Below, in pieces: positions 51,095 to 64,000 of a DNA stretch of 64,000 bases (the stretch's first letter is position 1; each line of letters starts with the position of its first letter). A program made the position numbers and the translations under genes. The stretch is from Narcine bancroftii (taxonomy: Eukaryota): the NCBI RefSeq assembly GCF_036971445.1, contig NC_091470.1:278132001-278196000 (forward strand), read 5' to 3'. Under the pieces are notes generated by a model. It searched no databases. It was not told where the DNA came from and saw only the letters and a program-made list of their open reading frames with translations.

Positions 51095-51394
51095 AGGAAT
51101 ATACTGAATATTGAAAGGGCTGGATAGAGTGGTTGTGAAGAAGGTGGTTCCAGTAGTGGAAGCATCCCTTTAGAACAGAAATAAGGTGAAATTTCTTCAG
51201 CTGGAGGGTGGTGAATCTGTGGAATTTATTGCCACAGACAGCTGTGGAAGCCATCATTGGGCAGATAATTGATTAATAAGTGTGTCAAAGGTTATGGGGA
51301 GAAAGCAGGAAAATGGAGTTCAGAGCAAAAAATACACGAGCCACTATTTGAATAGTGGAACAGACTCAATAGGCCAAATAGTCTAATTCGCAAG

Positions 51395-52310
51395 TTCAAA
51401 TTTAACATCAGAGTACATGCAAGACATCACATTCACCAGAGATTCTTATTCCTCCAGACCCAGACAGAATTTCTACATATTGGCAGTGTAAACTGTGTTC
51501 AATAAAAAGATGCGTATAAAAAAAAAAGAGAAATGTAAACAAATTGACTGTGCAAATACAGAAAAAATATTCAGTAATAAATATGTGCAAAGTAAGTGTT
51601 TTTCCACCAAGACTCCACTATTTACTAAACAATATTTATATATATTTATTCACCTGTATGTCGCTCATCTGTATGCGCGTTACTGGTGGAAAGGTAACAA
51701 CTGTTCCTGAACTTGGCGGTACGAGTCTTATGGCACTTAAATCTCTTTCCTTACATTCTATCCAGAAATTATAGGGCACGTCCCGGGTAGTGTGGATCCT
51801 TAATGATTGCTGTTGCTCTCTGATGGCAGCACTCCATGTAGATTTTCTCGATGATGAGGAGTTTTGCCTGTGATGTACTGGGCTGGGTCCACTACCTTTT
51901 GCAGGGCTATCGGTTTAGAGGTATTGATGCGACCATACCAAGCCTTAATGCACCCAGTCAGTACACTTTACACTACACATCTATAGGTTTGCTAAGGTTT
52001 CCAATGTCACACCGAACTTCCACAAACTCCTGAGGAAGTGGCGGCACTAACGTGCCTTCTTCATGATGACATTAGTATGTTAGGTTCAGGAAATATCCTC
52101 CGAGAAAGTAACTCGCAAGAATTTAAATTTGTTCATCCTCTTAATCTCTGATTCCCCAATGATCACTGGATCTCATGTTTCTGGTGTTTCCTTCTAAAAG
52201 TCTACAGTCAGCTACTTAGTTTTGGTGATATTGAATGAGAGGTTGTTGTTAGTGCACCATTCAGCCAAGTTTTCATTCTCCCTCCTATATGCTGACTCAC
52301 TGCCCATCCT
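51395..52310 (-). mobile_element. Decayed Rex/Babar-like LINE 3' fragment
   Basis: Minus-strand KFKFLRV..RHVSAATSSG remnants and 3' tail; similar fragment at ~32210-32650. Confidence 0.5.
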
Positions 52311-53569
52311 ATATACACCCGATTCTTGCTCCTGCGTCTTGTGGTTTGAACATACAAGTTAAGGGATGTGGGTGTAAAGGGGAGATTGAGAAGGAGACAT
52401 GTTAATGTTACTATGCTCAGCCCGGAGCTTGGTGAAGACTGCAGTGTGGCGAAAAACTGTTCTACTTCCTCATACTTAACACCTGTAACAATGAAACCTC
52501 AGCCAGGCAGCAGAGCCGAAAGTCACAGCACATAGGAAATATTTGCTGTGGTTTAACTCTACAGAAATGGGCTGATATGGGAAACAAGCTCCTGTGGTGA
52601 ATAGACTGGAGTCTTGTCTAATTACAATACTTCCCAAATCGGTTTAGTCAGAACCCAAACACTGTCAACATGAACCACTAACTTAGGGAGTGACTGATCC
52701 AAAATCCAACCTCGCCAACTACTGCTTCATTCAAGCAACCCCAACCAGGAACCTGACCATGAAATGCTTGAAAGGCCAGTAAATGTTGAACAGGTGTTTA
52801 CAACTCGATATTGACACTTCTGGGAATTGGCATCAGCTTCCTTTGTAGTGGCAGGAACTGATTATCTTTCAAAAACAAAAACCCACCAGAAAACAGAAGT
52901 AATGATTTTAACTGATACACTGCATGTTTGAAAGATTCAGAATCACTTACAAAATAAATTTTAAACAGTGCTTTAGGATAAAAATATACAACTGCATATT
53001 TATGAATAATTTTTAGAAAGTTAGCTTTGCTTATCTGCTGAGATAACTCAGAGAAATCATACCTGGAATAACCACTTTTAATATTACAAGTATTCTAAAG
53101 ATGTATAAAAGTTTTAACAAATTTACACTTTGTCTTCAAAACACAGAAATATCATTTATTACAACAGATGGGCAAGCCAGGAAAATGATAATGGCAGAAA
53201 GATCAAGTCTTTGGGAAATGGAATAAGGGCAGAAAGGCAAATAAATGGATGGAAATCTCGGGGGGGGGGGGGGGGGAGGAAATAAAAAGTCCAGAACAGC
53301 TTGAGGTGGGGTTGGTGTCATCAGGAATCTTAGATGATAATGAGTGGTGCAAGATACAAGCCAGGATATTATCATTTTTGCACTACAGGGAAGCAGATCA
53401 GAGAGGGCCAATGGCATGAGCTGTTTTTCATCCAGATATGAACAATCGTGAATCAGTCACTTTCAAACTCACAACCTTTAGAACAGAGAGTAGAAAATAG
53501 TCAGGAGAGCATTCATCAGCTTCTGCTATTAAAAGAATGAAATCTATGCAAGGAGTTAAACAATAGAAA

Positions 53570-53893
53570 AAAAACAAGAAAATCTGCAGATGCTGGGGTC
53601 AAGTGCAATATCCAAATGTGCTGGTGAAACTCAGCAGGTCATGCAGCATCCATAGGATGTTTATCCAGAGCCCTCTTCTATATCAGGGAGACTGGACAGA
53701 GATTAGCAGATCACTTGGTTGAGCACTTTTGCTGTCTGCTGTAACAGCAAGGACATTGTAGTGGCCAACCAATTTAATTCAACATACCATTCAGCACAAT
53801 GATATCCCTATCCATGGCCTCACATAAGGCCAAACCAAGGCTACCCACAAATTGGAGGAATAACATCAACCAGGTGACATCAATATTGACCTC
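53570..53893 (+). mobile_element. Penelope-like (GIY-YIG) remnant, host of L1 copy C (continues ~59951-60170)
   Basis: FYIRETGQRLADHLVEH..VANQFNS resembles the YIGET..L..RF.EH motif; sequence resumes after the L1 TSD. Confidence 0.55.
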
Positions 53894-54371
53894 GGGGGAG
53901 TCACGTGATGGAGTAGTGGCCGGACGGTGAACTCCAGCCCTCTCCAGAAAAGTCGGAAAAAATAAAGGAAAACACAAAGGCACAAAAATAAAAATTAAAG
54001 TAAAGTGAGTATAAAGGTGGAAAGAAGATGGCGACGAAAAAAGAAAAATCGAAACCAACGGTGAGAAGAGAGGAAGAGAAGACAACGGAAGAAGAAGGAG
54101 AAGGCCTTACCTGTTCGAAGAGGCCCACGGTGGAGAGAGAAACCCGCTCCCTCAGATCGGTAGAAAGTGGACTACAAAAATGGCTTGCTGAGCCGATTAA
54201 AAGTGCGCAACCGCGCATGCAAAAAAACACACCGACGGGAGGGGTGACCAGCTGGGGAGTCGATCTCCACAGCCGGCAATGACAGCTGCAGAACACCTGC
54301 AGCAAGAGGAGAACATAGAAGACAACGAAAACAAGAAAGAAGAGAAGAAAAGGACAACAAAGAAACAACAG

Positions 54372-55238
54372 ATGGCCAACCCAGAGGAAAAAGAAGAGGA
54401 AGAGTACAGTGAAATAGAAGAAGAAGGGAAAGGCAAGACCAAGGATATACTTTCACTTATTAAAGAATACATGGAGTCATTTAAAGAATGGCAAGCGCAA
54501 GAATTTAATGATTTAAAAAGATTAAACAATACAGAAGAGAAAATGAATAAAATAGATATGACCTTATCAGAAATGGGAAAAAGAATGGACAAGGTGGAAG
54601 AACGAGAAGCAGCAGTAGAAATGGAGGTAGAGGACTTAAAAAAGAAATTAGAGGAATCTAATTAAAAAGTTAAAGAGCCACAAGAGCTGTTAGCTCAGAA
54701 AATAGATATAATGGAAAATTGTAACAGAAGAAATAACATAAAGATAGTGGGCCTTAAGGAAGATGAAGAAGGCAAGAATATGAGAGAGTTTATAAAAGAT
54801 TGGATCCCCAGGATCCTAGGATGTCCAGAACTACAGCAAAAAATGGAAATAGAAAGGGCACATAGAGCATTGGCCTTTAAACCACAACCACAACAAAAGC
54901 CAAGATCTATTTTAGTAAAATTCCTAAGATATACTACAAGAGAAAAGGTACTGGAGAAAACAATGGAAAAAGTAAGAGAGGACAACAAGCCACTGGAGTA
55001 CAAAGGGCGAAAAATCTTCATTTATCCAGATATAAGTTTTGAACTCCTGAAGAAGAGAAAGGAATTCAATACAGCAAAGGCGATTATATGGAAGAAAGGG
55101 TATAAATTTATACTAAAGCATCCAGCGGTATTGAAAATATTTATTCCAGGACAGCAAAACAGACTATTCTCGGATCCAGAGGAAGCACGAAAATTTGCAG
55201 AACAATTACAAAATAGACTGAGAGATGAAGACGTGTAA
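54372..55238 (+). pseudogene. L1 ORF1p (coiled coil plus RRM/CTD, Transposase_22-like), frameshift near 54660
   Basis: MENCNRRNNIKIVGLKE, IERAHRAL, PRSILVKFLRY, IFIYPDIS, HPAVLKI. Confidence 0.9.
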
Positions 55239-55901
55239 CGAGAGTACAAAAGACTGCGAACTAAAAAGACACAAGTTTTGAGCTCCTGAAGAAGAGGAAG
55301 GAGTTCAATACAGCGAAAACGATCTTATGGAAAAAAACTATTCTCGGATCCAGAGGAAGCAAGGAAATTTGCAGAACAACTACAAAACAAGCAGAGAGAT
55401 GAAGACATGTAATAAGAGTAAAAATGACCACGATTTATATGTATGTGGGTAAAGAGGTATATGTGTGTATATGTATAGTGTGCATACATGAATGTATCCG
55501 TATTTAGAGGAAAATATAGAGAGTATAGACAAGAATTAATAAGGGAAGGAAATGGAATAGAGGGAATAAGGAGGGAATTAAAAGAGTGACCTTTGTTACA
55601 TATGAAAAGTGAAATCTTTTCTGGGGGGGGCTGGGTGGGGAGCAGTTACGGTCACTGCAAAATCAGCTGACGCTTGCGAGTGAATTCGCAAATCCAAATG
55701 GAGAGGGGAGATGTGGATAAAGGACAACTCAGGAGGGGAAGGGGAGATTGGGGCTAAAGAAGTTTTAAATAGGAGAATAAGGAAAATGTTTGATGTTTTA
55801 GGAATGTTGTCTTATAAAGGGTTCAAAACAAGAAAACAGAAATGGATAAGAAGGAAAGGTAATGATGGAGAAACGGAAAGGGAAGATAAACAAAGTATAA
55901 A

Positions 55902-58900
55902 ATGGCTACGTTGAACTATATGACTTTAAATATTAATGGAATACATAACCAAATTAAAAGGAAGAAACTGCTAAATTTACTGAAAAAAGAAAAAATTGAT
56001 ATAGCATTTGTGCAAGAAACACATTTAACTGAATTGGAGCACAAGAAATTAAAGAGAGATTGGGTAGGACACGTAACAGCAGCATCGTATAATTCAAAAG
56101 CAAGAGGAGTAGCTATATTAATTAGTAAAAATGTGCCATTTAAAATAGAAGAGGAAATAATAGATCCAGCAGGGAGATATGTAATGATAAAATGTCAGAT
56201 ATATTCAGAGTTTTGGAATCTACTCAATGTATATTCACCTAACGAAGAAGATCAAAAGTTTATGCAAGATATCTTTTTGAAGATAGCAGATACGCAAGGG
56301 AACATATTAATAGGAGGGGATTTCAACCTGAATTTGGATTCAAATATGGACAAAACTGGGAAAAAAATTAACAGAAAGAACAAAGTAACCAAATTTATAA
56401 TTAAATCGATGGAAGAAATGCAACTTTTGGATATATGGAGGAAACAACACCCAAAGGAAAAGGAATATTCATATTACTCGGCTAGACATAAAACATACTC
56501 AAGAATAGTCCTATTTTTGTTATCAGCTCGTATGCAAGATAGAGTAAGAAAAACAGAATATAAAGCTAGAATACTATCGGACCATTCACCCTTAATATTG
56601 ACAATAAGGTTAGAGGACATCCCTCCAAGAATGTATAGATGGAGATTAAACCCCATGTTACTTAAAAGGCAGGATTTTAGAGAATTTATTGAAAGACAAA
56701 TTAAAATGTATTGTGAAATAAATACGAAATCAGTGAAAGGTAAGTTTATACTATGGGATGCAATGAAAGCATTCATTAGAGGGCAAATAAAAAGTTATGT
56801 AACCAAGATGAAAAAGGACTATAATCAGGAAACAGAGCAGTTGGAAAGGGAAATAGTAAATATAGAAAAAGAATTAGCAACGAAGGAAGATACAACTAAA
56901 AGAAGAGAATTGGCGGATAAATAAATAAAATATGAAACACTACAAACATATAAGGTGGAGAAGAATATAATGAAGACAAAACAGAAATATTATGAACTAG
57001 GTGAAAAAACGCACAAAATCCTAGCATGGCAGCTTAAGACAGAACAAGCTAAGAAAATGGTATTGGCATCAAGGAAAAAAGACAAACAAATTACATATAA
57101 TCCAAAAGAAATTAAGGAAAACTTTAGAGAATTCTATGAACAATTATACCGAACTGAAAACGAAGGGAAAATAGATGAATTTCTAACTTAAATTGAACTA
57201 CCAAAACTACAAATAGAGGAACAAAATAAATTAACAGAGCCATTTAGAATAGTAGAAATACAAGAGATAATAAAAAAATTACCAAATAATAAGACACCAG
57301 GAGAGGATGGATTCCCAATAGAATTCTACAAAACATTTAAAGACTTATTAATTCCGCCCCTCCTGGAAGTAATCAACCAGATTGATAAAACACAAAGCTT
57401 ACCAGATTCATGTAAAACAGCAATAATTACAGTAATACTAAAGCAAGGGAAAGATCCACTCACACCAGCGTCATATAGACCAATATCTTTACTTAACACA
57501 GATAAGTTAATAGCTAAACTATTAGCAAACAGATTAGCAGAGTATGTACCGCAAATGGTAAATCTAGACCAAACTGGATTTATCAAAAAAAGACGCACAA
57601 CAGACAATATTTGTAAATTTATTAACTTAATTCATGCAGTAGAAGGGAATAAAGCGCCAACAGTAGCAGTTGCTTTAGACGCAGAGAAAGCCTTTGACAG
57701 AGTAGAATGGAATTATTTGTTCAAAGTATTGCAAAAATTCAGTTTACCAGAGAAGTATATTAATTGGATTAAAGCATTATATAAGGGACCATTAGCGAAA
57801 GTGACAGTAAATGGACATGTATCAAAGCAATTTAACTTAAGCAGGTCAACACGGCAGGGATGCCCACTATCACCTTTATTGTTTGCGTTAGCTATAGAAC
57901 CACTAGCAGAATTGATAAGAACAGAAAATAATATAAAAGGGATAAAAATAAAAGACAAGGAATATAAAATCAGTTTATTTGCGGATGATGTTATAGTATA
58001 CTTAACAGAACCAGAACTATCAATAAAAGAATTATATAAGAAATTGAAGGAATATGGAGAAGTGTCGGGTTACAAGATCAACGTAAATAAAAGTGAAGCA
58101 ATGCCTATGAAGAATGCGGATTTCTCAAAATTTAAGAAGGAATCACCATTTAGGTGGCAAATGCAAGCAATAAGATACCTAGGTGTACAAATAAATAAAA
58201 ATCTCGGCCAACTATATAAACTCAATTATTATCCACTAATGAAAAAAATTACAGGACGATTTAGAGCATTGGAAAGATTTACCACTAACACTAATAGGAT
58301 AAACTGTATTAAAATGAACATTTTTCCAAGGATAATTTACCTATTTCAGGCATTGCCAATACAACTGACAGAGAAATTCTTCAAGGAGTTAAAGAAAATA
58401 ATAAGGAAATTTTTATGGAAAGGGGGGAAACCGAGGATAGCACTAGATAAATTAACAGAATGGTATAAACAAGGAGGCTTACAACTGCCAAACTTTAAAA
58501 ATTATTATAGAACCGCACAATTAAGATACCTATCAGATTTTTATCAAACAAGGGAAAAGCCAGATTGGACCAGATTAGAATTAGATAAAATAGGGGAAAA
58601 GATACCTGAACACATATTATATAAATGGGATGAAAAACTGGTACAATATAGAAGTTCTCCAGTATTACATCATCTACTTAATATTTGGAAGAAGATTCAT
58701 GTAGAAAGAAATAAAACAAATTATCAATTACCAAAACTAATATTGACGCAAAACAAGTTACTCCCTTTTACAATAGATAACCTTTCCTTTAGAGAATGGG
58801 AGAAAAAAGGGATTAAAAGAATAGAAAATTGTTTTTCAGGAAATAGATTCTTATCCTTTGAACAAATGAAAGATAAATACAATATAACTCAAGATACAGC

Positions 58901-59683
58901 GCTGGCATATTACCAATTGAGATCCTACTTGAAGGATAAATTAGGAAGCAGTTTGAGTTTGCCAGAGGGAAGTAACTTTGAATATGTGATTACAGATACA
59001 ATGATAATCAAAAGATTTATAACAAATATGTATATTAAACTGCAAGAAAAGGAGAAATGGGAAACAAATGGTAAAACTAAACAAAAATGGGAACAAGATT
59101 TAAATATAAAGATAAAAAAGAAAACATGGGAGAAGTTATGCTCTGGAACGATGAGAAATACATAAATACGAGGTTACGTATGATACAATATAACTGGATA
59201 CACAGGCTATACATTACACCTCAAAAGTTAAATAAATGGGACTCAACAGTATCTGATAGATGTTTTCGATGTAAAAAAGAAATGGGAACAACAATTCATG
59301 CAATCTGGACATGTGAGAAAGTAGAAAAATTTTGGGAAGATCTAAATCAGATATTAAATAAAATAACAGAAAACAATATACCAAAGAATCCAGAGATCTT
59401 CCTCCTAAGTAATATAAAAAACAAAGAATTTGGAATTGATTTGGAGGATGCACAAAAAAGATTTGTTAAGATAGCTCTAGCCGTAGCAAAAAAATGTATT
59501 ATGTCAACCTGGAAATCGGAAGATAATTTGAAAATACAACAATGGTATATAGAAATGAATAAATGTATTCCATTAGAAAAAATAACATATAGTTTAAGAA
59601 ATAATATTGAAATATTCGAACAAATATGGGAGCCTTACATGAAACACAATAGCGAAAACCTTCCGGGGACAATCACTACCTAA
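55902..59683 (+). pseudogene. L1 ORF2p (APE endonuclease plus RT), few stops/frameshifts
   Basis: LNINGI, AFVQETH, GGDFN, SDHSP, DAEKAFDRVEW, RQGCPLSPLLF, LFADD, YLGV, CFRC..HAIWTC. Confidence 0.95.
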
Positions 59684-60715
59684 GTTAACGGAAGGAAAAG
59701 GAAATGAAAAGAATGGACTCAGTGGAATTTCTGGTGTATTTTTATTGAATGACAACATTGTCTGACTGGTTTAATGTATCCTAGATTTTGTACCTTAAAT
59801 GGACGGGAGGGGGGTGGTAGGGAGGGTGGGATGGGAGGAGGGAGGGGAGAAAATGGCACTGTATATGTGTGAAAAGGAAAAAGTGTGTATCATGGTTAAT
59901 GTGATTTATGGTGTGAAAAATAAAAAATTGAAAAAAAAAATATTGACCTCTCCAATTTCTATTTAACCCCTCTCCTATACTCTATCTCTCTGTTTTCCTT
60001 TCTCCAGCTCCCACCCCCTTCCCTTCCTTCTCCTTCCAGAGAACTACCCTCAACCCTCTCCCCCACCTCTATTCAAGCATCTTTTTTTTTATATAAACTT
60101 ATTCCTGACAAAGGATTTAGGTCCGAAATGTTGACTGTCCTTCACTCTCTATGAATGGCGTCTGACTTGGTGCATTGGAAATCTAAGTTAGGAAGTAGGT
60201 TCTAGGAGATCACAAGGTTAAATGACTGTCTTGCACACAAAATAAAATTGGGTTAGGTGGAATATTTGCTCTGGCAACAGGCCCAAATGTTTAAGGTGTT
60301 CACTTCTGTAAAGTACTATACATAATTATCTATTATTTTTAGTGAGAAAGACATGCACAGAGACAAAGAAATAATTTGTTGACATACAATTGGAGTCACA
60401 ATGCCATTTCTCAGAAAAGAGCTCTATTTTAGCATCGAGATGAAAGTATGAGCTATGGGAAGGGTGAATGGGCAAAGAACAGTGACTCAGTTCTACTGAA
60501 TGTCTCTGTTATTGCTGCAATAAATAATGTCTCTTGCTCCATGTAGATATCAATTCATGTAGGTGCATGCTTAAAATATTGATTGATATTTGGGTAGGAA
60601 TTAATTAAATCCACAATATTCTCAATTTGATTTGTGCACCATAAAGATAAGCTGTGGGAAATTAAGTGCAATCAGAGATGACCTATAATCTCAAGCATCC
60701 TTTATTGATACTTAC

Positions 60716-60814
60716 CCACAACAGATTCGGGGGGAGAATAAAACTGGCCATCTGAGAGCGGACCAGGAAGGATAAGTGGTGCTTGTTCCTCTACATCAGA
60801 GACAGTGAAGACTC
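60716..60814 (-). CDS. STARD3NL: STARD3NL exon with FFAT-like motif ((R)VFTVSDVEEQAPLILPGPLSDGQFYSPPESVV)
   Basis: LSDGQFYSPPES matches the STARD3/STARD3NL FFAT motif; canonical ag/gt, phase 1-1. Confidence 0.93.
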
Positions 60815-60949
60815 CTGGAACAGAAAGGACACAGAATTAATGGACATCAACAAAATTATTCCATTTATAACCCTACACATAGAAAGTAAAACTTGAGGTT
60901 CCTGACCTAGGAGGTATTCTGTCCCAGTACAGCAGACTGGGAATAGATT

Positions 60950-62130
60950 GTATGGGAACGTCATGTCTCAAGAGCCTAATTGAGCTTTTTGAAAAGGTAA
61001 CAACTGAATTGATGAGGGTAGAGCCTTAGATGTAGTGTATATGAATTTTACTAAGGAATTTGATAAAGGTTCCCCACGAAAGTCATGAGGCATGGGATCC
61101 ATGGAACCTCGGCTATGTAGATTCAGAATTGGCTTACCCCTGGAAAGCAGAGATGGGAAGTATTTATCCAGGAGGTCAGTGATTAGTGGAGTTCTGCAAA
61201 GATCTGTTCTGGGACCTCTGCTCTGTGATTTTTATAAATGATTTGCACCAAGATGTAGTCAGTAAGATTGCAGAGGATACGAAAGTTGGAGGAGTTGTCG
61301 ATAGTGTTGAAGGTTATCATAGGTTACAACAGGTTATAGTCAGGATGCAGAGTTGGGTGGAAAAGTGGCAGATGGAGTTAAATCTGGGTAAGTATGAGGT
61401 GGTGCATTTTGGAGAGGACAATGGGAGGGTACTTAACAGTGTGGAAAACCTGAGGAACCTTGGGGTTGTCGTGCAGGTTGAATAAGATAGTTAAGAAAGT
61501 CCATGGTATCTTGGGCTTCATTAGTCAGGGGATTGAGTTCAGGAGTCCTGAGGTGACATTTCTGTTCTATAAATCTCTGGTGAAACAATACTCTGAATAT
61601 TGTGTTCAGTTCTGGTCACCTCATTATAGGAAACATGTGGAAGCTATGGAGAGGGTGCAAAGAAGATTTACTATGATGTTACCTAGATTGTAAAATACGT
61701 CTTGGGAGGCAAGGTTAGAAAAGCTGGGACTTTTCTCTTTGGAGTGAAGAAGGATGAGAGATTATTTAATAGAGGTCTACACGATTATGAGAGACATAGA
61801 TAAGGTAGACAGCCAGCATCATTTTCCCAGGGCAGGAATAGCACGCACCAGAGGACATCTCTACAAAGTGAGGGGAGGAAGGTATAGGGAAGACATCAAG
61901 GATATTATTTTTTTTTTAAAAAACAGAGTTGTGGGTGCCTGGAATGCTCTGCCATGGGTGGTGGTGGAGGCTGGAACAATAGGGGCATTTAAGAGGTTCT
62001 TAAACAGGCACATGGATGAAAGAAAAATAGAGGATTATGAGGTAGGGAGGGTTTCGCTTTTTTTAAGATATATAAAGATTAGCATAACATTGTGGGTTGA
62101 AAGGCCTTTATTGTGCTGTAATGTTCTATG
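60950..62130 (+). mobile_element. Decayed CR1 LINE RT/3' fragment
   Basis: IFINDL..KIAEDTKVGG, YCVQFWSPHYRK..ERVQRRFT, RVVGAWNALP. Confidence 0.88.
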
Positions 62131-62278
62131 ATGTATATAATGAAGAGTCAAAAAGGCACAATTGACAAGGCAACGAAGTTTAATGTTATGAATTATTTTT
62201 TATCAGAACTACTTTCAACATCTGATCTCCTATTGGAGGGATAGTTAGTTCAAAAGCAAACTGATTAACTTTACTAAC

Positions 62279-62399
62279 TGTTTTCATCCTTTGCCTCTTG
62301 TGGCAAAACTTTAAAATCCAGGAACCAAGTCTCGATCCAGGCCAGTATGAAGGAGATTATTGGCAGCAAATAAGCAAAGGCTTTACCCTCCATCAAGAG
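62279..62399 (-). CDS. STARD3NL: STARD3NL exon (LLMEGKAFAYLLPIISFILAWIETWFLDFKVLPQEAKDEN)
   Basis: MENTAL-domain TM4 signature LPIISFILAWIETWFLDFKVLPQE; canonical splice sites. Confidence 0.95.
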
Positions 62400-62497
62400 C
62401 TAAAGTAAAATCAGACATGTTTACATTAAATAACATAGTAACAGAAGGTAAATCTCAGTATAGATTTTAGGAGCTTAGTTGCATGGTTATTACATAC

Positions 62498-62551
62498 CTT
62501 GGAAATAATGACCTTTGCAATTAGAAAGGCACTGGTAACAGATGTTGTAAT
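62498..62551 (-). CDS. STARD3NL: STARD3NL exon (ITTSVTSAFLIAKVIISK)
   Basis: 54-nt phase-0 exon matching the MENTAL domain; ccag| and |gtatgt. Confidence 0.93.
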
Positions 62552-63164
62552 CTGGAATAGAAGAGAAGCATTCCCAGTCATAGCAGGGTGGGCCAATGGA
62601 ACCTGCACTTAATCCAGTTCAAATTTGAATCAAAGCATGTTCATAGTGAATGGCAAACCCAGTGTATTATCAATTCTAAAGCCCCTATTGCCTACTACAT
62701 TTCTGTGATGCTCAGAAGTCTGTACAGTGGGAAAACAGTGTTTCAAGGAAAATGATTCTCTCTTCTTCCAAAGGATTAAAAAAAAAATCTGACGCAATCT
62801 ACAATCGCCTAAGTAATAAGCTTGCCTTTTGAAATCAGAGACCAGAGGAGAGAATATTGTCCTAATGGGTACAATGTGAATTGAACTGAATTATTTATTG
62901 TCATGTGTACAGAGATAATCATATAGCTTTGCATGTCATACAGGAATCTTGCAAAAAAAAAAATACCCACACAAATGTGGGTGGTCATCACTAAGAGCTT
63001 TAATGATTCTTTTCATTACAAGAAGCAGAAAGCCATTTCCTCAAATTCAGGTGTATACAACCTGAAAAATAAATTGTTTGCCTGATTTGAAAAGAGTTAA
63101 GCTTCTGGCCCACATTTAATAAACACCCACTTTCCTAACATAATAAGCAAGAAATATCACTCAC

Positions 63165-63242
63165 CGCAATTACCCACCAGTGGCGTAACCTACACAGTGC
63201 ATATGCCAAAAGCAGCATTAAGAATCGGAACACTGCCAGCAG
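63165..63242 (-). CDS. STARD3NL: STARD3NL exon (LLAVFRFLMLLLAYALCRLRHWWVIA)
   Basis: 78-nt exon; RLRHWW motif; canonical splice sites. Confidence 0.95.
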
Positions 63243-63336
63243 CTGCAAAGACAAGGAGAGGAAGATAAAAGTTGCATCAGGGTTAGAAAGTAGCATTCAA
63301 CATGATTTTCCAAGGAAAATGAGAAAATCTACTCAC

Positions 63337-63414
63337 AAATATATCAAAGTAAGACTTGCAGAAATCATAATGAACAACTTCATTTTTTAAACTATGAATT
63401 ATGCCACCATCTAC
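63337..63414 (-). CDS. STARD3NL: STARD3NL exon (VDGGIIHSLKNEVVHYDFCKSYFDIF); upstream exons lie beyond the window
   Basis: 78-nt exon, cf. human VNGGIENTLEKEVMQYDYYSSYFDIF; canonical splice sites. Confidence 0.93.
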
Positions 63415-64000
63415 CTAGAAAACAAACAAAAAAATATACAATCATTTTGTCAGCTGTTGTTACTGAACCTGGGAGAAATATTCCTATATTGAGAAACCTG
63501 TTTGCAATTATTTTGAATTTAAAATGTGGATCAATGTTTGTTGTGGCTAAAGTAATAACACCAACAATTCTAAGTCAGAGGTCAAAATTTTTTTAATAAT
63601 TAGTGGAATAAAATGAATGTTTTCAGTTTGTGGCAATGTCACAGTGTTGCCGACAGCTTGAATAACAACTACTTTACAGAATAATAATACTTCCAGAAAA
63701 ACTTACATAGACACAGTAAGTTGCCTACTATATTTCAGGATCTTCAAACAACATTGCACAATTTTTAAACAAGTTTCAATGATTTAAGGACATCAATAAT
63801 AACAAATACAATAAAACCCATGGTATCCGGCAATTATGGGCATTGGTAGATACTAGATAAGTGCATCTGCAGGTTCCTCACCCTGTGCGGAGTCACCCGA
63901 AAGACGAACAATAACATCATAATGATGTTTACAGATAAAGCCTCTGACTGGGGAGACTTACTAAGCAGGGATAAAGAGAGTCACCCCAACAGCGAGCAGC

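Larger units (their letters stand above)
53894..59940 (+). mobile_element. Near full-length (~6 kb) L1-clade LINE copy C in a STARD3NL intron (antisense to the gene)
   Basis: 5' end ggggagtcacgtg; ORF1; ORF2 with EN, RT and C-terminal Cys-rich domain; poly(A); 12-bp TSD aatattgacctc (53882-53893, 59939-59950). Confidence 0.96.

Noticed and set aside
48444-63414. Calling the minus-strand gene STARD3 (MLN64)
   Set aside because: Stop follows the FFAT/acidic tail, no START exons were seen, residues match STARD3NL, and TRG synteny fits STARD3NL.

Overview
Eukaryotic genomic DNA, most likely from a cartilaginous fish (shark/ray; inferred from the repeat families and the divergent TCR sequence). 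The window holds the 3' half of the T-cell receptor gamma (TRG) locus on the + strand: one pseudo-J and two apparently functional J segments with 12-bp-spacer RSSs (18.3-19.5 kb), and a single three-exon C-gamma gene (22976-26067). No V segment is visible. Convergent to it on the - strand are the last six coding exons of STARD3NL (48444-63414), the conserved 3' neighbour of TRG. The rest is mostly retroelements. These include a nested stack of Bel-Pao, two ERVs with different tRNA primers and an L1 upstream of J; three 5'-intact L1-clade copies with TSDs (one near full length, two internally deleted); and CR1, RTE, Rex/Babar and Penelope-like fragments. Most notable: a ~12 kb CpG-retaining domain spanning J-C; a STAT5-type site just 5' of the first functional J; a J whose RSS appears broken by an 18-bp tandem expansion; possible routes to a soluble TCR-gamma (furin-type RKKR, intronic stop plus AATAAA); a TARP-like alternative-frame ORF; and a conserved antisense splice donor in the L1 5' region. 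All calls were made by eye, without database searches.
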